Assembly: GCA_050253415.1 (NCBI GenBank)
Contig: JBFWJC010000003.1
Span: forward strand, 160,001-224,000
From: Pedobacter sp.
Lineage (GTDB): Bacteria; Desulfobacterota; Desulfuromonadia; Desulfuromonadales; Syntrophotaleaceae
Direction: 5' to 3'
DNA: 64,000 nucleotides
Below the pieces are notes generated by a model, which saw only the letters and a program-made list of their open reading frames with translations, ran no database searches and was not told the origin of the DNA. The position numbers were made by a program, and so were the translations under genes. Shown here one piece after another: positions 1-10,221 of the stretch. The first letter of the stretch is position 1. Each line of letters begins with the position of its first letter.

Positions 1-1
1 G

Positions 2-811
2 CGTATTCCCATGGAGGAAAACCGGGCCACGTTGTGTATCTCGACACAGGTCGGGTGCGCCATGGGCTGCGTATTCTGCCATACCGGCAGTTTCGGACTG
101 GTGCGAAATCTCACTCCCGGTGAGATCGTCAATCAGGTTTGCGCTGCCCTGGCTGACGGCCCCGTAAATAATATTGTGCTGATGGGCATGGGAGAGCCGC
201 TGCACAATCTCGATAACGTTGTCAAAGCTTTGCAAATTTTCTATCTGACCGAAGGCCTCGCCTTCAGTCCCCGCAAGGTGACTCTGTCTACGGCTGGCCT
301 GGTGCCGGAAATGCTTGAGTTGGGACAGCGCATTCGCGTTAATCTGGCTGTGTCGCTCAATGCCACCACCGACGAGGTACGCAACCAGCTTATGCCCATC
401 AATCGGCGTTATCCCCTGGATCAGCTTATAGATGCGTGCCGGAAATTTCCTTTGGAGCCGAGACAGCGCATCACGTTCGAATATATTCTTATTCGTGGGG
501 TCAACGATTCCGATCAGGACGCACGGCGGTTGGTGAAGCTGTTGCACGGGGTTAAGTCCAAGGTAAACCTCATTCCGTTCAATGAACACTCTGCCTCGCC
601 TTTCAAAGCGCCGACCGGAGATCGTGTGACGCGGTTTCAGGGACATTTGCTTGACCGCGGCATGGTGGCTATCCGTCGTGCCAGCAAGGGACAGGACATT
701 GCCGCCGCCTGCGGACAGCTTAAGGGTAAATGCTCCCCGGTGAGGAATCGGCAGGATGCCGTCAAAGCCGCCGTCATCGATCATCCACAAGAGAAAGGTA
801 AGGGGAAATGA
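2..811 (+). CDS. rlmN: 23S rRNA m2A2503/tRNA A37 methyltransferase RlmN (5' end lies before the window)
   Basis: Radical SAM CxxxCxxC in [27 protein letters not shown]-terminal DIAAACGQL. Frame is open to the window start. Confidence 0.95.
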   Translation, partial: RIPMEENRATLCISTQVGCAMGCVFCHTGSFGLVRNLTPGEIVNQVCAALADGPVNNIVLMGMGEPLHNLDNVVKALQIFYLTEGLAFSPRKVTLSTAGLVPEMLELGQRIRVNLAVSLNATTDEVRNQLMPINRRYPLDQLIDACRKFPLEPRQRITFEYILIRGVNDSDQDARRLVKLLHGVKSKVNLIPFNEHSASPFKAPTGDRVTRFQGHLLDRGMVAIRRASKGQDIAAACGQLKGKCSPVRNRQDAVKAAVIDHPQEKGKGK

Positions 812-1671
812 AACAGTCAGTTATAGGGGTTATCGGCGGCAGCGGCCTGTACGATATGGAAGATCTCACCGACGTACGCGAGGTATCCCTCAATACGCCA
901 TTCGGTACACCTTCCGATGTTTTTATTACCGGCGTGCTGGATGACGTAAAAATGGTTTTTCTGCCGAGACATGGCCGCGGGCATCGTTTGTTGCCGTCCG
1001 AAGTGCCTTATCGGGCCAATATCCATGGGATGAAACAGCTTGGTGTGGAGCGCATCATTTCCGTATCGGCGGTTGGCAGTATGCGCGAACAGATCGTCCC
1101 TGGGCACATTGTCATTCCCGATCAGTTTTTCGACCGCACCCAGGGCAAGCGCCAATCGACGTTTTTCGGCGAGGGGATCGTCGGGCATGTGCAGTTTGCG
1201 GACCCGGTGTGTCATGACCTGTCGCGGGTGCTGGCCGACGCTGCCCGGCGGGTAGGAGCTACCGTTCACGAAGGTGGCACCTACCTGTGTATCGAAGGAC
1301 CTAATTTCTCCACACGCGCTGAATCGAACATTTATCGCAGCTGGGGGGTGGATATTATCGGCATGACCAATGTTCCCGAAGCGCGACTGGCTCGCGAGGC
1401 GGAAATCTGTTACGGCACGGTTGCTCTCGCCACGGATTATGACTGCTGGCATGAGGGGCATGACGATGTGTCCGTCGATGCGGTGGTGGCCATCATAAAG
1501 CAAAATGTGGCTACGGCCCGTCAGATAATACGCGAGTCTGTCCGCAGTATGGCCTCTGCGAGCAATTGTTCATGCAACGAAGCCTTGCGGTTCGCCATCA
1601 TGACCGCACCGGATGCCATTCCGGCAACCACCCGCACGAAACTAGGTTTGCTTCTCGATAAATATCTTTGA
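808..1671 (+). CDS. mtnP: S-methyl-5'-thioadenosine phosphorylase
   Basis: [41 protein letters not shown] motifs; ATGA overlap with rlmN. Confidence 0.92.
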   Translation: MKQSVIGVIGGSGLYDMEDLTDVREVSLNTPFGTPSDVFITGVLDDVKMVFLPRHGRGHRLLPSEVPYRANIHGMKQLGVERIISVSAVGSMREQIVPGHIVIPDQFFDRTQGKRQSTFFGEGIVGHVQFADPVCHDLSRVLADAARRVGATVHEGGTYLCIEGPNFSTRAESNIYRSWGVDIIGMTNVPEARLAREAEICYGTVALATDYDCWHEGHDDVSVDAVVAIIKQNVATARQIIRESVRSMASASNCSCNEALRFAIMTAPDAIPATTRTKLGLLLDKYL

Positions 1672-1713
1672 ATATAATTTGCCAGCCTCGGTCTTGCCGA
1701 GGTGGAGGTGCCC

Positions 1714-2481
1714 ATGGTTCGGAAGATATCGTGTTCAGGTTGGGGATGTTTGGTGATTGCCCTGATGATTACGGGGTGTACATCATCCAATAATGCGTAC
1801 AAGGATGTTAGTCAAAATGCCAAGGTTCATTACACCTTGGGTATTGCCGAGTTGAAAAATAACAACCCGACCATGGCGCTGGCCAAGTTTTTGGACGCGG
1901 AAAAAATTGATAAACGCGACCCCGATATTCAGGAAGGCCTGGCCCAGGCTTATCAACGTAAAGGTGCTTTTGCCGAAGCTGAAAAACATTATTTGAAGGC
2001 TATTGCAATGCGCTCCGACGAACCACGCTACTACAACAATCTCGGGGCTCTGTATCTCGATATGCAACGCCCCGATGATGCCCTGCCCAATCTGGAAAAG
2101 GCCGCAAACAATCTCCTGTTCGCCTCTCCCGAAATTCCTCTGACCGGTATCGGTATTGCGCGTTCGCTCAAAAACGACTATGTCGGTGCGGTAGCAGCCT
2201 ACAGGGAGGCTCTGAGCAAGAACCCCAGGTATGCGGAAGCGTACATTCGCCTTGGTGAAGCCTTGACTGCTATGGGGCAGGTTGATAGTGGGTTGAAGGA
2301 ATATCGCAAAGCCCTGGTTCTGGTTCCAGAATCTACCCGGCTGCATTTTTTGATGGGGATGGCTTTCATGAAAAATGGTGATATGGAACAGGCTCGTAAG
2401 GCCTTTACCAAGGTCCAGCAATTGCTCCCTGAATCGGAAATGGGTCAGCGGGCCAACGATTACCTCGATATGTTGCAATGA
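1714..2481 (+). CDS. PilF/PilW-like TPR lipoprotein
   Basis: Lipobox ITGC; TPR repeats (YNNLGALYL); position between rlmN and rodZ; GGAGG before ATG 1714. Confidence 0.8.
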   Translation: MVRKISCSGWGCLVIALMITGCTSSNNAYKDVSQNAKVHYTLGIAELKNNNPTMALAKFLDAEKIDKRDPDIQEGLAQAYQRKGAFAEAEKHYLKAIAMRSDEPRYYNNLGALYLDMQRPDDALPNLEKAANNLLFASPEIPLTGIGIARSLKNDYVGAVAAYREALSKNPRYAEAYIRLGEALTAMGQVDSGLKEYRKALVLVPESTRLHFLMGMAFMKNGDMEQARKAFTKVQQLLPESEMGQRANDYLDMLQ

Positions 2482-2493
2482 GGGGCAAACGTT

Positions 2494-3429
2494 ATGCATG
2501 AAAAATCAACCGAGGAAATTACTGCCGAAACGCCACAAAAACCGGAATTGGGAACGTTACTGCTTTCCCGGCGCGAGGCTTGCGGTTTGAGTCTGGAAAC
2601 CGTGGCTGAGCGAACCCACATCCGCCGGTCTTTTCTGCAGGCGTTTGAGAACGGCGACTACGAACAATTGCCGGCGTTCCCTTATGCTATCGGTTTTCTA
2701 AGACAATACGCCACTTTGCTGGGGCTCGATGCGGATTCTATTGTACAGGATTATCGCTTGGCTATCCAACCGAGCCAAGACGTGCCTCATCGCCATAAAC
2801 CATCTGAAGTGCCCCCTTTAAAAACCGAATCTGTCCGTAAACAACGTCTTGGTCGTTTTTTGTGGCCTGTTATCGTTATGGTATTGATCGGAGCTGTCTG
2901 GTTGCTATTTTACAACATGGGCGTTGGTCCTTGGTCTGCTGAGCGAAATGAAGACATTCCTGTCGTTGAAAGCGCTGCCAACGCGTCTGCCGATGAAACT
3001 GTCTTGGAGCCAGTGTCCAGAAATGACGTGGCATCGCCAGCGCAAACACCATCGCTAGTCGAGCCAGATTCGGCCACGGTGTCTCCAGTTGGGGACTCAA
3101 TGCCTCAAGCAATAAAATTGCCGCTTCCCTCGGAAGGGGGCGTTTTTCGGATTGAATCCAAAGGGACCGGATGGGTGGAAATCGAAGCCGACCGTCGACC
3201 ATTGCAAAACTATGATATGCAGCCAGGCACCCTGGTCGATTGGACCGTGCGTAATTTTGCGGAAATTCGGTTGAATATCCAGGGGGGGGCGCAGGCGTGG
3301 CTCGACGACCGAAAACTTGATCTGCCAGAAACTTGCATGGTGATTCTTGGCCAGTTGGCCGAGGCAAAGCCCATCGAGCCGTTGGCTACACTGACTGCGG
3401 GAAACCATGATGAGACCTCGCAACCCTGA
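2494..3429 (+). CDS. rodZ: RodZ-family HTH membrane protein
   Basis: N-terminal XRE HTH (GLSLETVAERTHIR...GFLRQYA), single TM helix, C-terminal DUF4115-like WVEIEAD region. Confidence 0.8.
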   Translation: MHEKSTEEITAETPQKPELGTLLLSRREACGLSLETVAERTHIRRSFLQAFENGDYEQLPAFPYAIGFLRQYATLLGLDADSIVQDYRLAIQPSQDVPHRHKPSEVPPLKTESVRKQRLGRFLWPVIVMVLIGAVWLLFYNMGVGPWSAERNEDIPVVESAANASADETVLEPVSRNDVASPAQTPSLVEPDSATVSPVGDSMPQAIKLPLPSEGGVFRIESKGTGWVEIEADRRPLQNYDMQPGTLVDWTVRNFAEIRLNIQGGAQAWLDDRKLDLPETCMVILGQLAEAKPIEPLATLTAGNHDETSQP

Positions 3430-4234
3430 TGAAAACCTGACAGCGGCGATCGACGCGGTACGCGATCGGATGGGACCGGATCCTTTTGATCTGGCTATAA
3501 TCCTTGGCTCCGGACTGGGGCAGGTTGCGGCCGATGTTGATCCGGCTACGAAATGGGCGTACAACAGCTTCTCCTGTTTTCCGCCCGGTGCCGTGGCGGG
3601 GCACGCAGGTCAGTTGGTCGCCGGAATCCTTCATGGTCGCAGGACCCTGATATTCCAGGGACGCTTCCATATGTATCAGGGGCTGACTGCCTGGCAGACA
3701 GCCATGCCTGTACGTTTGGCCCACTCATTGGGCTGCACTCGCATGCTTTTGACCAATGCTGTGGGTGGAATTCACGCGGACCTTCTTCCCGGCCGTTTTA
3801 TGTTTGTCTGCGACCATCTTAATCTGCTTGGCGATAATCCCCTTCGCGGACTTGACGGCGATACTTTTATCGATTTGACAAAGCTTTACCGCAATGATCT
3901 GTTTCCTTCTCTAAAAGCCGAGTCTTTGTCTCAAGGGAACTCCCTTCATCAAGGGGTTTTGGCAGCGGTGCCTGGCCCCTCTTATGAAACTCCGGCGGAG
4001 GTACGTGCGCTGCAACTGCTGGGTGCCGATGCCGTTTCCATGTCTCTGGTTCCTGAGGCCATTATGGCCAGATATCTGCAAATGGAGGTTGTTGGACTCA
4101 GTTTTACCACCAATCGTGCGGCCGGATTAGGGACCCAAGGCTTGAGTCATGAAGAGGTTCTCGCAACCGGGATCCTTGGTGCCGCGGATCTTTCTTTTTT
4201 GGTGAAGCAGCTTTGCCGGCTTTGGTTTTCATGA
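3407..4234 (+). CDS. Purine-nucleoside phosphorylase (trimeric PNP-I family)
   Basis: IILGSGLG, QGRFHMY, TNAVGG, GPSYETPAE, TNRAAG, SHEEV. Confidence 0.88.
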   Translation: MMRPRNPDENLTAAIDAVRDRMGPDPFDLAIILGSGLGQVAADVDPATKWAYNSFSCFPPGAVAGHAGQLVAGILHGRRTLIFQGRFHMYQGLTAWQTAMPVRLAHSLGCTRMLLTNAVGGIHADLLPGRFMFVCDHLNLLGDNPLRGLDGDTFIDLTKLYRNDLFPSLKAESLSQGNSLHQGVLAAVPGPSYETPAEVRALQLLGADAVSMSLVPEAIMARYLQMEVVGLSFTTNRAAGLGTQGLSHEEVLATGILGAADLSFLVKQLCRLWFS

Positions 4235-4325
4235 TGAAATTAGAGGTATCGATGGTTTGTCTTTGTGTCCTCTAAATATCTGTAATTAATATAAAAAACA
4301 TATTTTTCAAAGATTTTGAACCTGC

Positions 4326-4353
4326 TTGACAGTCCCGCCCTCGATGGTATGCT
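4326..4353 (+). promoter_or_regulatory. Sigma70-type promoter for the receiver-Usp pair
   Basis: TTGACA-N16-TATGCT with an extended -10 TG and an AT-rich upstream tract. Confidence 0.6.
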
Positions 4354-4380
4354 TTAGGCAAAATGAACAAGGGGGTGGCC

Positions 4381-4770
4381 GTGCGGGTTCAAGAAAAAGT
4401 ACTTGTTGTCGATGATGAAGAAAATGCCCGTATTGCCCTGCGCGCGATTCTGCAGCAGGAAGGTTACGTGGTTGATAGTGTGGCCAACGGTTACGAGGCC
4501 TTGGAGTTTTTGCGTCAACACAAAGTCAACGTGGTTATCAGCGATCTTAAAATGCCTGAAATGAACGGACTTACCTTCCTGCGCGAGCTAAATCGCCGTT
4601 ATCCAAGTACGCGGGTTATCATGGTGACCGCTTATGGAGGGGTAGAGTCATATCTTGAGGCCATTCAACTCGGTGCTTTTGAGTATATACACAAACCTGT
4701 CAAGGTGGACGAGCTCAAATATATTATGCATAAGATGCTGACAGAGGGACGTCCGAGTAAAGCTAACTGA
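4381..4770 (+). CDS. Stand-alone response regulator receiver
   Basis: VLVVDD, SDLKMPEMNG, VTAYG, KP; GTG 4381 follows AAGGGGGT (ATG 4363 is an alternative start). Confidence 0.9.
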   Translation: MRVQEKVLVVDDEENARIALRAILQQEGYVVDSVANGYEALEFLRQHKVNVVISDLKMPEMNGLTFLRELNRRYPSTRVIMVTAYGGVESYLEAIQLGAFEYIHKPVKVDELKYIMHKMLTEGRPSKAN

Positions 4771-4788
4771 CCTATCTGGGGAGTTGCA

Positions 4789-5235
4789 ATGAAAGAATTC
4801 AAGACGATACTTTTCGCCACCGACTTTTCGGAAAACTCCGAATACGCATTTGACTATGCTCTTGCCATGGCGCGTAAATATCAATCATTGCTTGCCATTG
4901 TGCATATCATTAACGAACCGGTGGATCTTCGTGGTTTCTATGTACCCCACATCTCGTTTGAATCCCTGGAGGAGGAGATCGAGGAAGGGGCCCGTAAGAT
5001 GATGGAAAAGTTCTGCCGCATGCATGTCAGCGATTACGAAAATTATCAGACTTTTATCGTGCCAGGCATTCCCTACGACGAGATCATCAAAAAGGCCGAG
5101 GATCTCAAAGCTGACCTGATCATTATGGGCACGCAGGGTCGTTCAGGGCTGGATCACGTTCTGTTTGGCAGTACCGCGGAGAAGGTGGTACGCAAATCAC
5201 CTGTGCCTGTCATGACTATTCGCGTTCCGGGTTGA
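4789..5235 (+). CDS. Universal stress protein (UspA family)
   Basis: ILFATDFS and ADLIIMGTQGRSGLDHVLFGSTAEKVVRKSPVPV. Confidence 0.93.
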   Translation: MKEFKTILFATDFSENSEYAFDYALAMARKYQSLLAIVHIINEPVDLRGFYVPHISFESLEEEIEEGARKMMEKFCRMHVSDYENYQTFIVPGIPYDEIIKKAEDLKADLIIMGTQGRSGLDHVLFGSTAEKVVRKSPVPVMTIRVPG

Positions 5236-5259
5236 TTCCATATATATCTTCTGACATCG

Positions 5260-5289
5260 AAGGGCGACTATCGGTCGCCCTTTTTCTTT
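5260..5289 (+). terminator. Intrinsic terminator after usp
   Basis: AAGGGCGAC-TATCG-GTCGCCCTT followed by a T tract. Confidence 0.8.
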
Positions 5290-5593
5290 GAGGGCGGCGA
5301 CTATCGGGTTACCGCCTTCGAATATTTCCCCCTTGCATAATCGATTTGTGCAAGGGTATCCTTGAAAATTAGCATGGGGTTCATGCTTGTCGGTTGACTA
5401 TTTATTTAAAGATACAGCTAATCCCATAGTGACCAAAGATGTATACTGGCGGACGGGCTGTCTCACTGCTTTGCGATAGTCATGAAGACCTGGGTCCCTG
5501 TTGTTCTTTCAGTAGCCGTTTTTTAGAGCAGAACCGATGCCCTTGCGCTATGGCGCCGTACATGGCTGAGATGGTTTTCAGCTTCCTAAGGAG

Positions 5594-6774
5594 ATGGTGA
5601 TGTCCAACCGGATTCTTGTGGTGGATGATGAATCGATTATTCTGCAACTGGCCACCATGGTATTGACCAGTCGTGGTTTTGAGGTTCTTACGGCCCAAAG
5701 CGGGCAGGAATGTCTTGATGTCGTAAAGGCTGAGAAGCCTGATCTGGTGCTGCTCGATTATATGATGCCTGTCATGGATGGCATGACAACACTGCGTCAT
5801 TTGCGCCATCTTCATCCTGACACGTATGTGATCATGTTGACCGGCAAAGGCAGTGAACAGATAGCCGTCGAGGTGATGAAAGCAGGTGCCGCCGATTATA
5901 TTCTCAAACCGTTCAAGAATCAGGATCTTGTTGAAAGGATCGAGAATGTACTGCGCATCCGTCGCATTGAGATGCACAATCGGGAACTACGGGAAGAACG
6001 GGAGCGCCTGCTTAGCGAAATAGAAGTCTGGAACATGGAACTGGAAAGACGCGTGGCTGAAAAGACCCGTGAACTTGAGTTGGCGCATGCCGAAATCCTG
6101 CAGGCAGAAAAACTTGCGGCATTGGGGCATGTTTCGGCAGGCATGGCGCATGAAATTCGCAACCCGCTCAATGCTATCGGCTTGTTCGCGCAGATTTTAA
6201 GGCCGGTAATGGCGCACGATACCGAAAAGGCCGGATATATCGATAAGTTGCTGCAGGAGGTCGATCGTATCGATGCGATCCTGTCCAAACTTCTGGACGC
6301 CAGCAAGGCGCCCAAGGTGACCCTTGAACCGGTCTGCCTGATCGGAACTATCGATCGCATCCTGGAGACCTTCAGTGAACAGCTCAAAGCCAGCCATGTG
6401 AAGGTCGAAAAAATTATGCTCAGGTGCCACCGTTGATGATGGCGGATAGTGGGGAAATAGAGCAGATTTTCACTAACCTTTTCGCCAATTCTCTCTACGA
6501 GATGCAACATGGGGGCGTGCTTGGGGTAACGGTTCATTACGACGGTCAGAAAGCGACCATTGAGGTTTCCGATACCGGCGGAGGTATCCCGCGGGAAAAC
6601 CTCAGCCAGATTTTCGATCCGTTTTTCACGACCAAGACCAAAGGTACCGGTTTCGGTTTGTCGGTGGTGCTGCGCATCGTCAAAAACTATCATGGTCATA
6701 TTAATGTACGCAGCACGGCGGGGGAAGGAACCGTATTCAACCTGGAATTCCCCCTTGCCTTGCAAAGCAACTGA
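5594..6774 (+). pseudogene. Receiver-HisKA-HATPase hybrid kinase split by a frameshift (5594-6436 and 6412-6774)
   Basis: REC domain and H-box AHEIRNPL in ORF1; N, G1, F and G2 boxes ([25 protein letters not shown]) in the -1 frame; junction at the A6 run 6408-6413. Confidence 0.85.
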
Positions 6775-6824
6775 CCGTCGTCTACGACGCGGTTCATCAG
6801 CCTTTTGGAAAATGAATCACCACC

Positions 6825-8417
6825 ATGTCTTTGTTGTTGCGTGAAATCGCCCTGAACCTGACTGAAGATGAGGCATTGCTACGTGAGCGGATAGGACAGG
6901 AATTGGGTATTGCACCCGAAACCCTGATCAAACTGTGTATCGTTCGGCGTGGAATCGATGCCCGGCGTAAATCTCGTATTTTGAGAGTTTTTAATGTCGA
7001 ATTCGACGTGGCAGACGAAGAGGCTTTGTTGCAGCGTCATGCCAGTCATCCTCGTCTGCAAAGAGTTCAGCCCCGTATTAAGCCATCGATTGTTCCTCTG
7101 AAAAAGCCTTGGCGGGTTGTTGTTGTCGGTATGGGGCCGGCAGGCCTGTTTGCCGCCTGGCATCTGGCGCGCAGCGGTGCGGAGGTCACTTTGCTGGAGC
7201 GGGGACGTCGCGTGGAAACCAGGGTTCATGATATTCGGCGGTTTCGCAGCGAGGGGATTTTCGATCCCGACAGCAATATCGCTTTTGGTGAAGGCGGGGC
7301 CGGGACATTCTCCGACGGCAAACTGACGACCAGGGTCAAACATCCATGGCATCGCCAGGTGCTGCAGACATTGGTGGATTGCGGGGCTCCAGAGGATATC
7401 CTGGTTGACGCCAAACCGCATGTCGGAACCGACCGCCTGCGTCTGGTGCTGATCCGTTTTCGACAGATGCTTATCAAACTTGGCGTCACCATTCGTTATG
7501 AAACGCGCCTCAATGGCTTAATGGTCAAAGCCGGACGCGTCACTGGCGGCATATTGAGTGGCGGCGAAGAACTGCCTTGCGATAGTCTGGTACTTGCTTG
7601 CGGGCATAGTGCCAGGGATACCTATGAAATGTTGCAGGCTTCCGGGGTGACCATGGAAGCCAAACCTTTTGCAGTAGGTGTCCGGGTGGAACATCCGGCC
7701 GAATTGATTAACGCTATCCAGTATGGTCATGCGCGCCACCCGAATTTGCCGACTGCCGAATATGCCTTAACCTGGAACGACCCGAAGACCGGGCGTGGGG
7801 TTTATTCCTTTTGCATGTGCCCGGGAGGCGAGGTGGTTGTGGCCTCTTCCGAGTCGGGTGGCATGGTGGTTAATGGCATGAGTTACCTGCGCCGTGACGG
7901 TCAATTGTCAAACAGCGCGCTGGTTGTTGCTGTCCGGCAGGAAGATTTTGATGGTCAGGATGCGCTAGCCGGGATGCGTTTTCAGCGTCGCTGGGAACAA
8001 CAGGCCTTCCACCTGGGCGGGGGCGATTTTCATGCCCCGGCACAAAATCTCTTGAATTTTCTGGGTCGGGGGAAGGGGCCTCTTTGTTCATCCTGTCGAC
8101 CCGGGGTGCGCGAAGCAGATCTGTCGGAGGGGCTGCCCCTTGCCGTGACCACCGGTCTGCGGCAAGCGTTGCCCCATTTCGACCGGCGCATGCGCGGGTT
8201 TATTACCGCCGAGGCGACACTTGTGGGCATCGAGACCCGCACCTCGGCGCCATTACGTATTTTGCGTGGAGCCAACGGACAGTCCGTTTCCCACGCAGGT
8301 CTTTTCCCCGCAGGGGAGGGGGCCGGTTATGCCGGAGGCATCATGAGTGCCGCCCTTGATGGTATTTCCATCGGTGAGCACATTATCAGTTCTGTACCAA
8401 CCGGGAGTTACAGGTGA
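6825..8417 (+). CDS. FAD-dependent oxidoreductase (uncharacterised NAD(P)/FAD dehydrogenase family)
   Basis: VVGMGPAGL, FGEGGAGTFSDGKL, FCMCPGG, GEGAGYAGGIMSAA. Confidence 0.85.
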   Translation: MSLLLREIALNLTEDEALLRERIGQELGIAPETLIKLCIVRRGIDARRKSRILRVFNVEFDVADEEALLQRHASHPRLQRVQPRIKPSIVPLKKPWRVVVVGMGPAGLFAAWHLARSGAEVTLLERGRRVETRVHDIRRFRSEGIFDPDSNIAFGEGGAGTFSDGKLTTRVKHPWHRQVLQTLVDCGAPEDILVDAKPHVGTDRLRLVLIRFRQMLIKLGVTIRYETRLNGLMVKAGRVTGGILSGGEELPCDSLVLACGHSARDTYEMLQASGVTMEAKPFAVGVRVEHPAELINAIQYGHARHPNLPTAEYALTWNDPKTGRGVYSFCMCPGGEVVVASSESGGMVVNGMSYLRRDGQLSNSALVVAVRQEDFDGQDALAGMRFQRRWEQQAFHLGGGDFHAPAQNLLNFLGRGKGPLCSSCRPGVREADLSEGLPLAVTTGLRQALPHFDRRMRGFITAEATLVGIETRTSAPLRILRGANGQSVSHAGLFPAGEGAGYAGGIMSAALDGISIGEHIISSVPTGSYR

Positions 8418-9574
8418 AAAAAGTTTATGCTGGGCAGATCCAGGACCGGGACATTATCAAGGAATCCTTCCTGGTACGAGAGAAAATAACGGCAACGGCT
8501 CGTAACGGAAAAGCCTACCTCACTATCAAATTGATGGATCGCACGGGTGAGGTCGAGGGGCGCGTATGGGATCGCGTTGAAGAACTTTCCGGCTGTTTTG
8601 AAAAGGATGATTTCATCCATGTACAGGGCAAAGCCAGTCTTTATCTTGGCAAAATGCAGCTGGTCATTCAGGACCTAAAAAAGGTTGAAGATGCGCAAGT
8701 CGATCTGGCCGATTATCTGCCCGTGGCTGAACGCAGCATCGAAGACATGCTATCGGAACTTCGGTCGCAGGTGGCAAGTCTACAGACCCCCTGTTTGCGG
8801 GCGTTGATGGACCTTTTTCTGGCCGATGAAGATTTTATGCAAGGATATAGCAGTGCTCCGGCCGCCAAGGCCATCCACCATGTGTATCTCGGTGGTCTGC
8901 TGGATCACTCATTGTCAGTTGCGCGCCTGGCGGATGATATCTGCCGCCACTACCCCACCGTTAATCGCGATATGTTGCTGACCGGTGCCTTGTTGCACGA
9001 TATCGGTAAAGTGGCCGAACTCTGTTACGAACGTGCTTTTGGCTATACCGACGAGGGGAAACTGCTTGGGCATATAACCATCGGTTTTCAGATGCTTGAC
9101 AGTAAACTCGCCCAGGTGGCGGATTTCCCCAGAGACTTGGCGGTACTACTTAAACACTTGCTGTTGTCCCATCATGGACAGTATGAATACGGGTCGCCCA
9201 AACGGCCCAAAACCCTTGAAGCGATCATTCTTAATTATCTGGATGATCTCGATTCCAAGATCAACGGAATTCAAACTCATATCAGCAAGGAGCCGGACAA
9301 TGATGAGTCCTGGACCGGCTATCATCGTATTTACGACCGATATTTCTATAAAAGTCCGGCCGCTGCCATCGAACAATCTGCACCGGATGCACAGGTCTCA
9401 TCACCGCCGGTTGAACCCTCTACGACCACAGTAGAGCCCGCAGCAAAAGGGGCACCTGTGAAAGAGCGGCGGCAGCCTGACGGGCGTCGCAACAATTTCA
9501 ATTTCACATTGGGAGATCAGCTGCGCGGTAAGAACCTGGATTTGTTTTCTTCGGATGAAAGGGACGACAAGTGA
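8414..9574 (+). CDS. yhaM: 3'-5' exoribonuclease YhaM family (OB fold + HD domain)
   Basis: N-terminal OB fold, AAKAIHH, GGLLDH, LHDIGK, SHHG..EYGSPK. Confidence 0.85.
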   Translation: MKKVYAGQIQDRDIIKESFLVREKITATARNGKAYLTIKLMDRTGEVEGRVWDRVEELSGCFEKDDFIHVQGKASLYLGKMQLVIQDLKKVEDAQVDLADYLPVAERSIEDMLSELRSQVASLQTPCLRALMDLFLADEDFMQGYSSAPAAKAIHHVYLGGLLDHSLSVARLADDICRHYPTVNRDMLLTGALLHDIGKVAELCYERAFGYTDEGKLLGHITIGFQMLDSKLAQVADFPRDLAVLLKHLLLSHHGQYEYGSPKRPKTLEAIILNYLDDLDSKINGIQTHISKEPDNDESWTGYHRIYDRYFYKSPAAAIEQSAPDAQVSSPPVEPSTTTVEPAAKGAPVKERRQPDGRRNNFNFTLGDQLRGKNLDLFSSDERDDK

Positions 9575-10212
9575 ACGATATATGGCAAAAAAGCATGATG
9601 ACTGGCGAGTTGGGGGTCAATTGCTATATGCTGGGGTGTCCCCAGACTCAGCAAGCCATTGTGATTGATCCCGGTGGCCATGCCGAACGTATTCTTGCGT
9701 TACTCGAAGAAAACGGTTTCACTTTGAAGACGGTGGTCAATACTCATGGCCATTTTGATCATATCGGGGGCAACCGTTATCTCATCGAGAAGACCGGTGC
9801 CGAGCTGCTGCTGCACGGCGCCGACCTGCCGCTGTTGCGGGGGGCTGCCGACCATGCGGCCCAATTCGGTTGTCATGCCATCGATCCATCGCCCGAACCG
9901 ACGCGGCTGTTGCAGGACGGCGACCAAATCGAAGTAGGCAGCATCCTGTTGGATGTGCTTCATGTGCCGGGACATTCTCCTGGCAGCGTGTGCCTTAAAT
10001 GCGGCGATTCGGTGTTTGCCGGTGATGTGCTTTTTGCCGGTTCCATCGGTCGCACCGATCTGCCCGGTGGTGACCATTTGCTGTTGCTGAAGGGGTTGCA
10101 AAATCGTTTGCTGGTGCTTGATGATAGCGTCAAGGTGTTTCCCGGGCATGGTCCGGAAACAACCATCGGCCGTGAACGGAAAAGTAATCCTTATTTGAAT
10201 TATTTCGAATAG
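9571..10212 (+). CDS. MBL-fold metallo-hydrolase (glyoxalase II-like)
   Basis: NCY, IDPG, THGHFDH, PGHSPG, GRTDLPGG, PGHG. Confidence 0.9.
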   Translation: MNDIWQKSMMTGELGVNCYMLGCPQTQQAIVIDPGGHAERILALLEENGFTLKTVVNTHGHFDHIGGNRYLIEKTGAELLLHGADLPLLRGAADHAAQFGCHAIDPSPEPTRLLQDGDQIEVGSILLDVLHVPGHSPGSVCLKCGDSVFAGDVLFAGSIGRTDLPGGDHLLLLKGLQNRLLVLDDSVKVFPGHGPETTIGRERKSNPYLNYFE

Positions 10213-10221
10213 GAAAGACCG

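Noticed and set aside
720..811. RlmN C-terminal extension after ACGQL as a possible read-through or fusion
   Set aside because: RlmN tails vary, and the ATGA overlap with mtnP fits ordinary translational coupling
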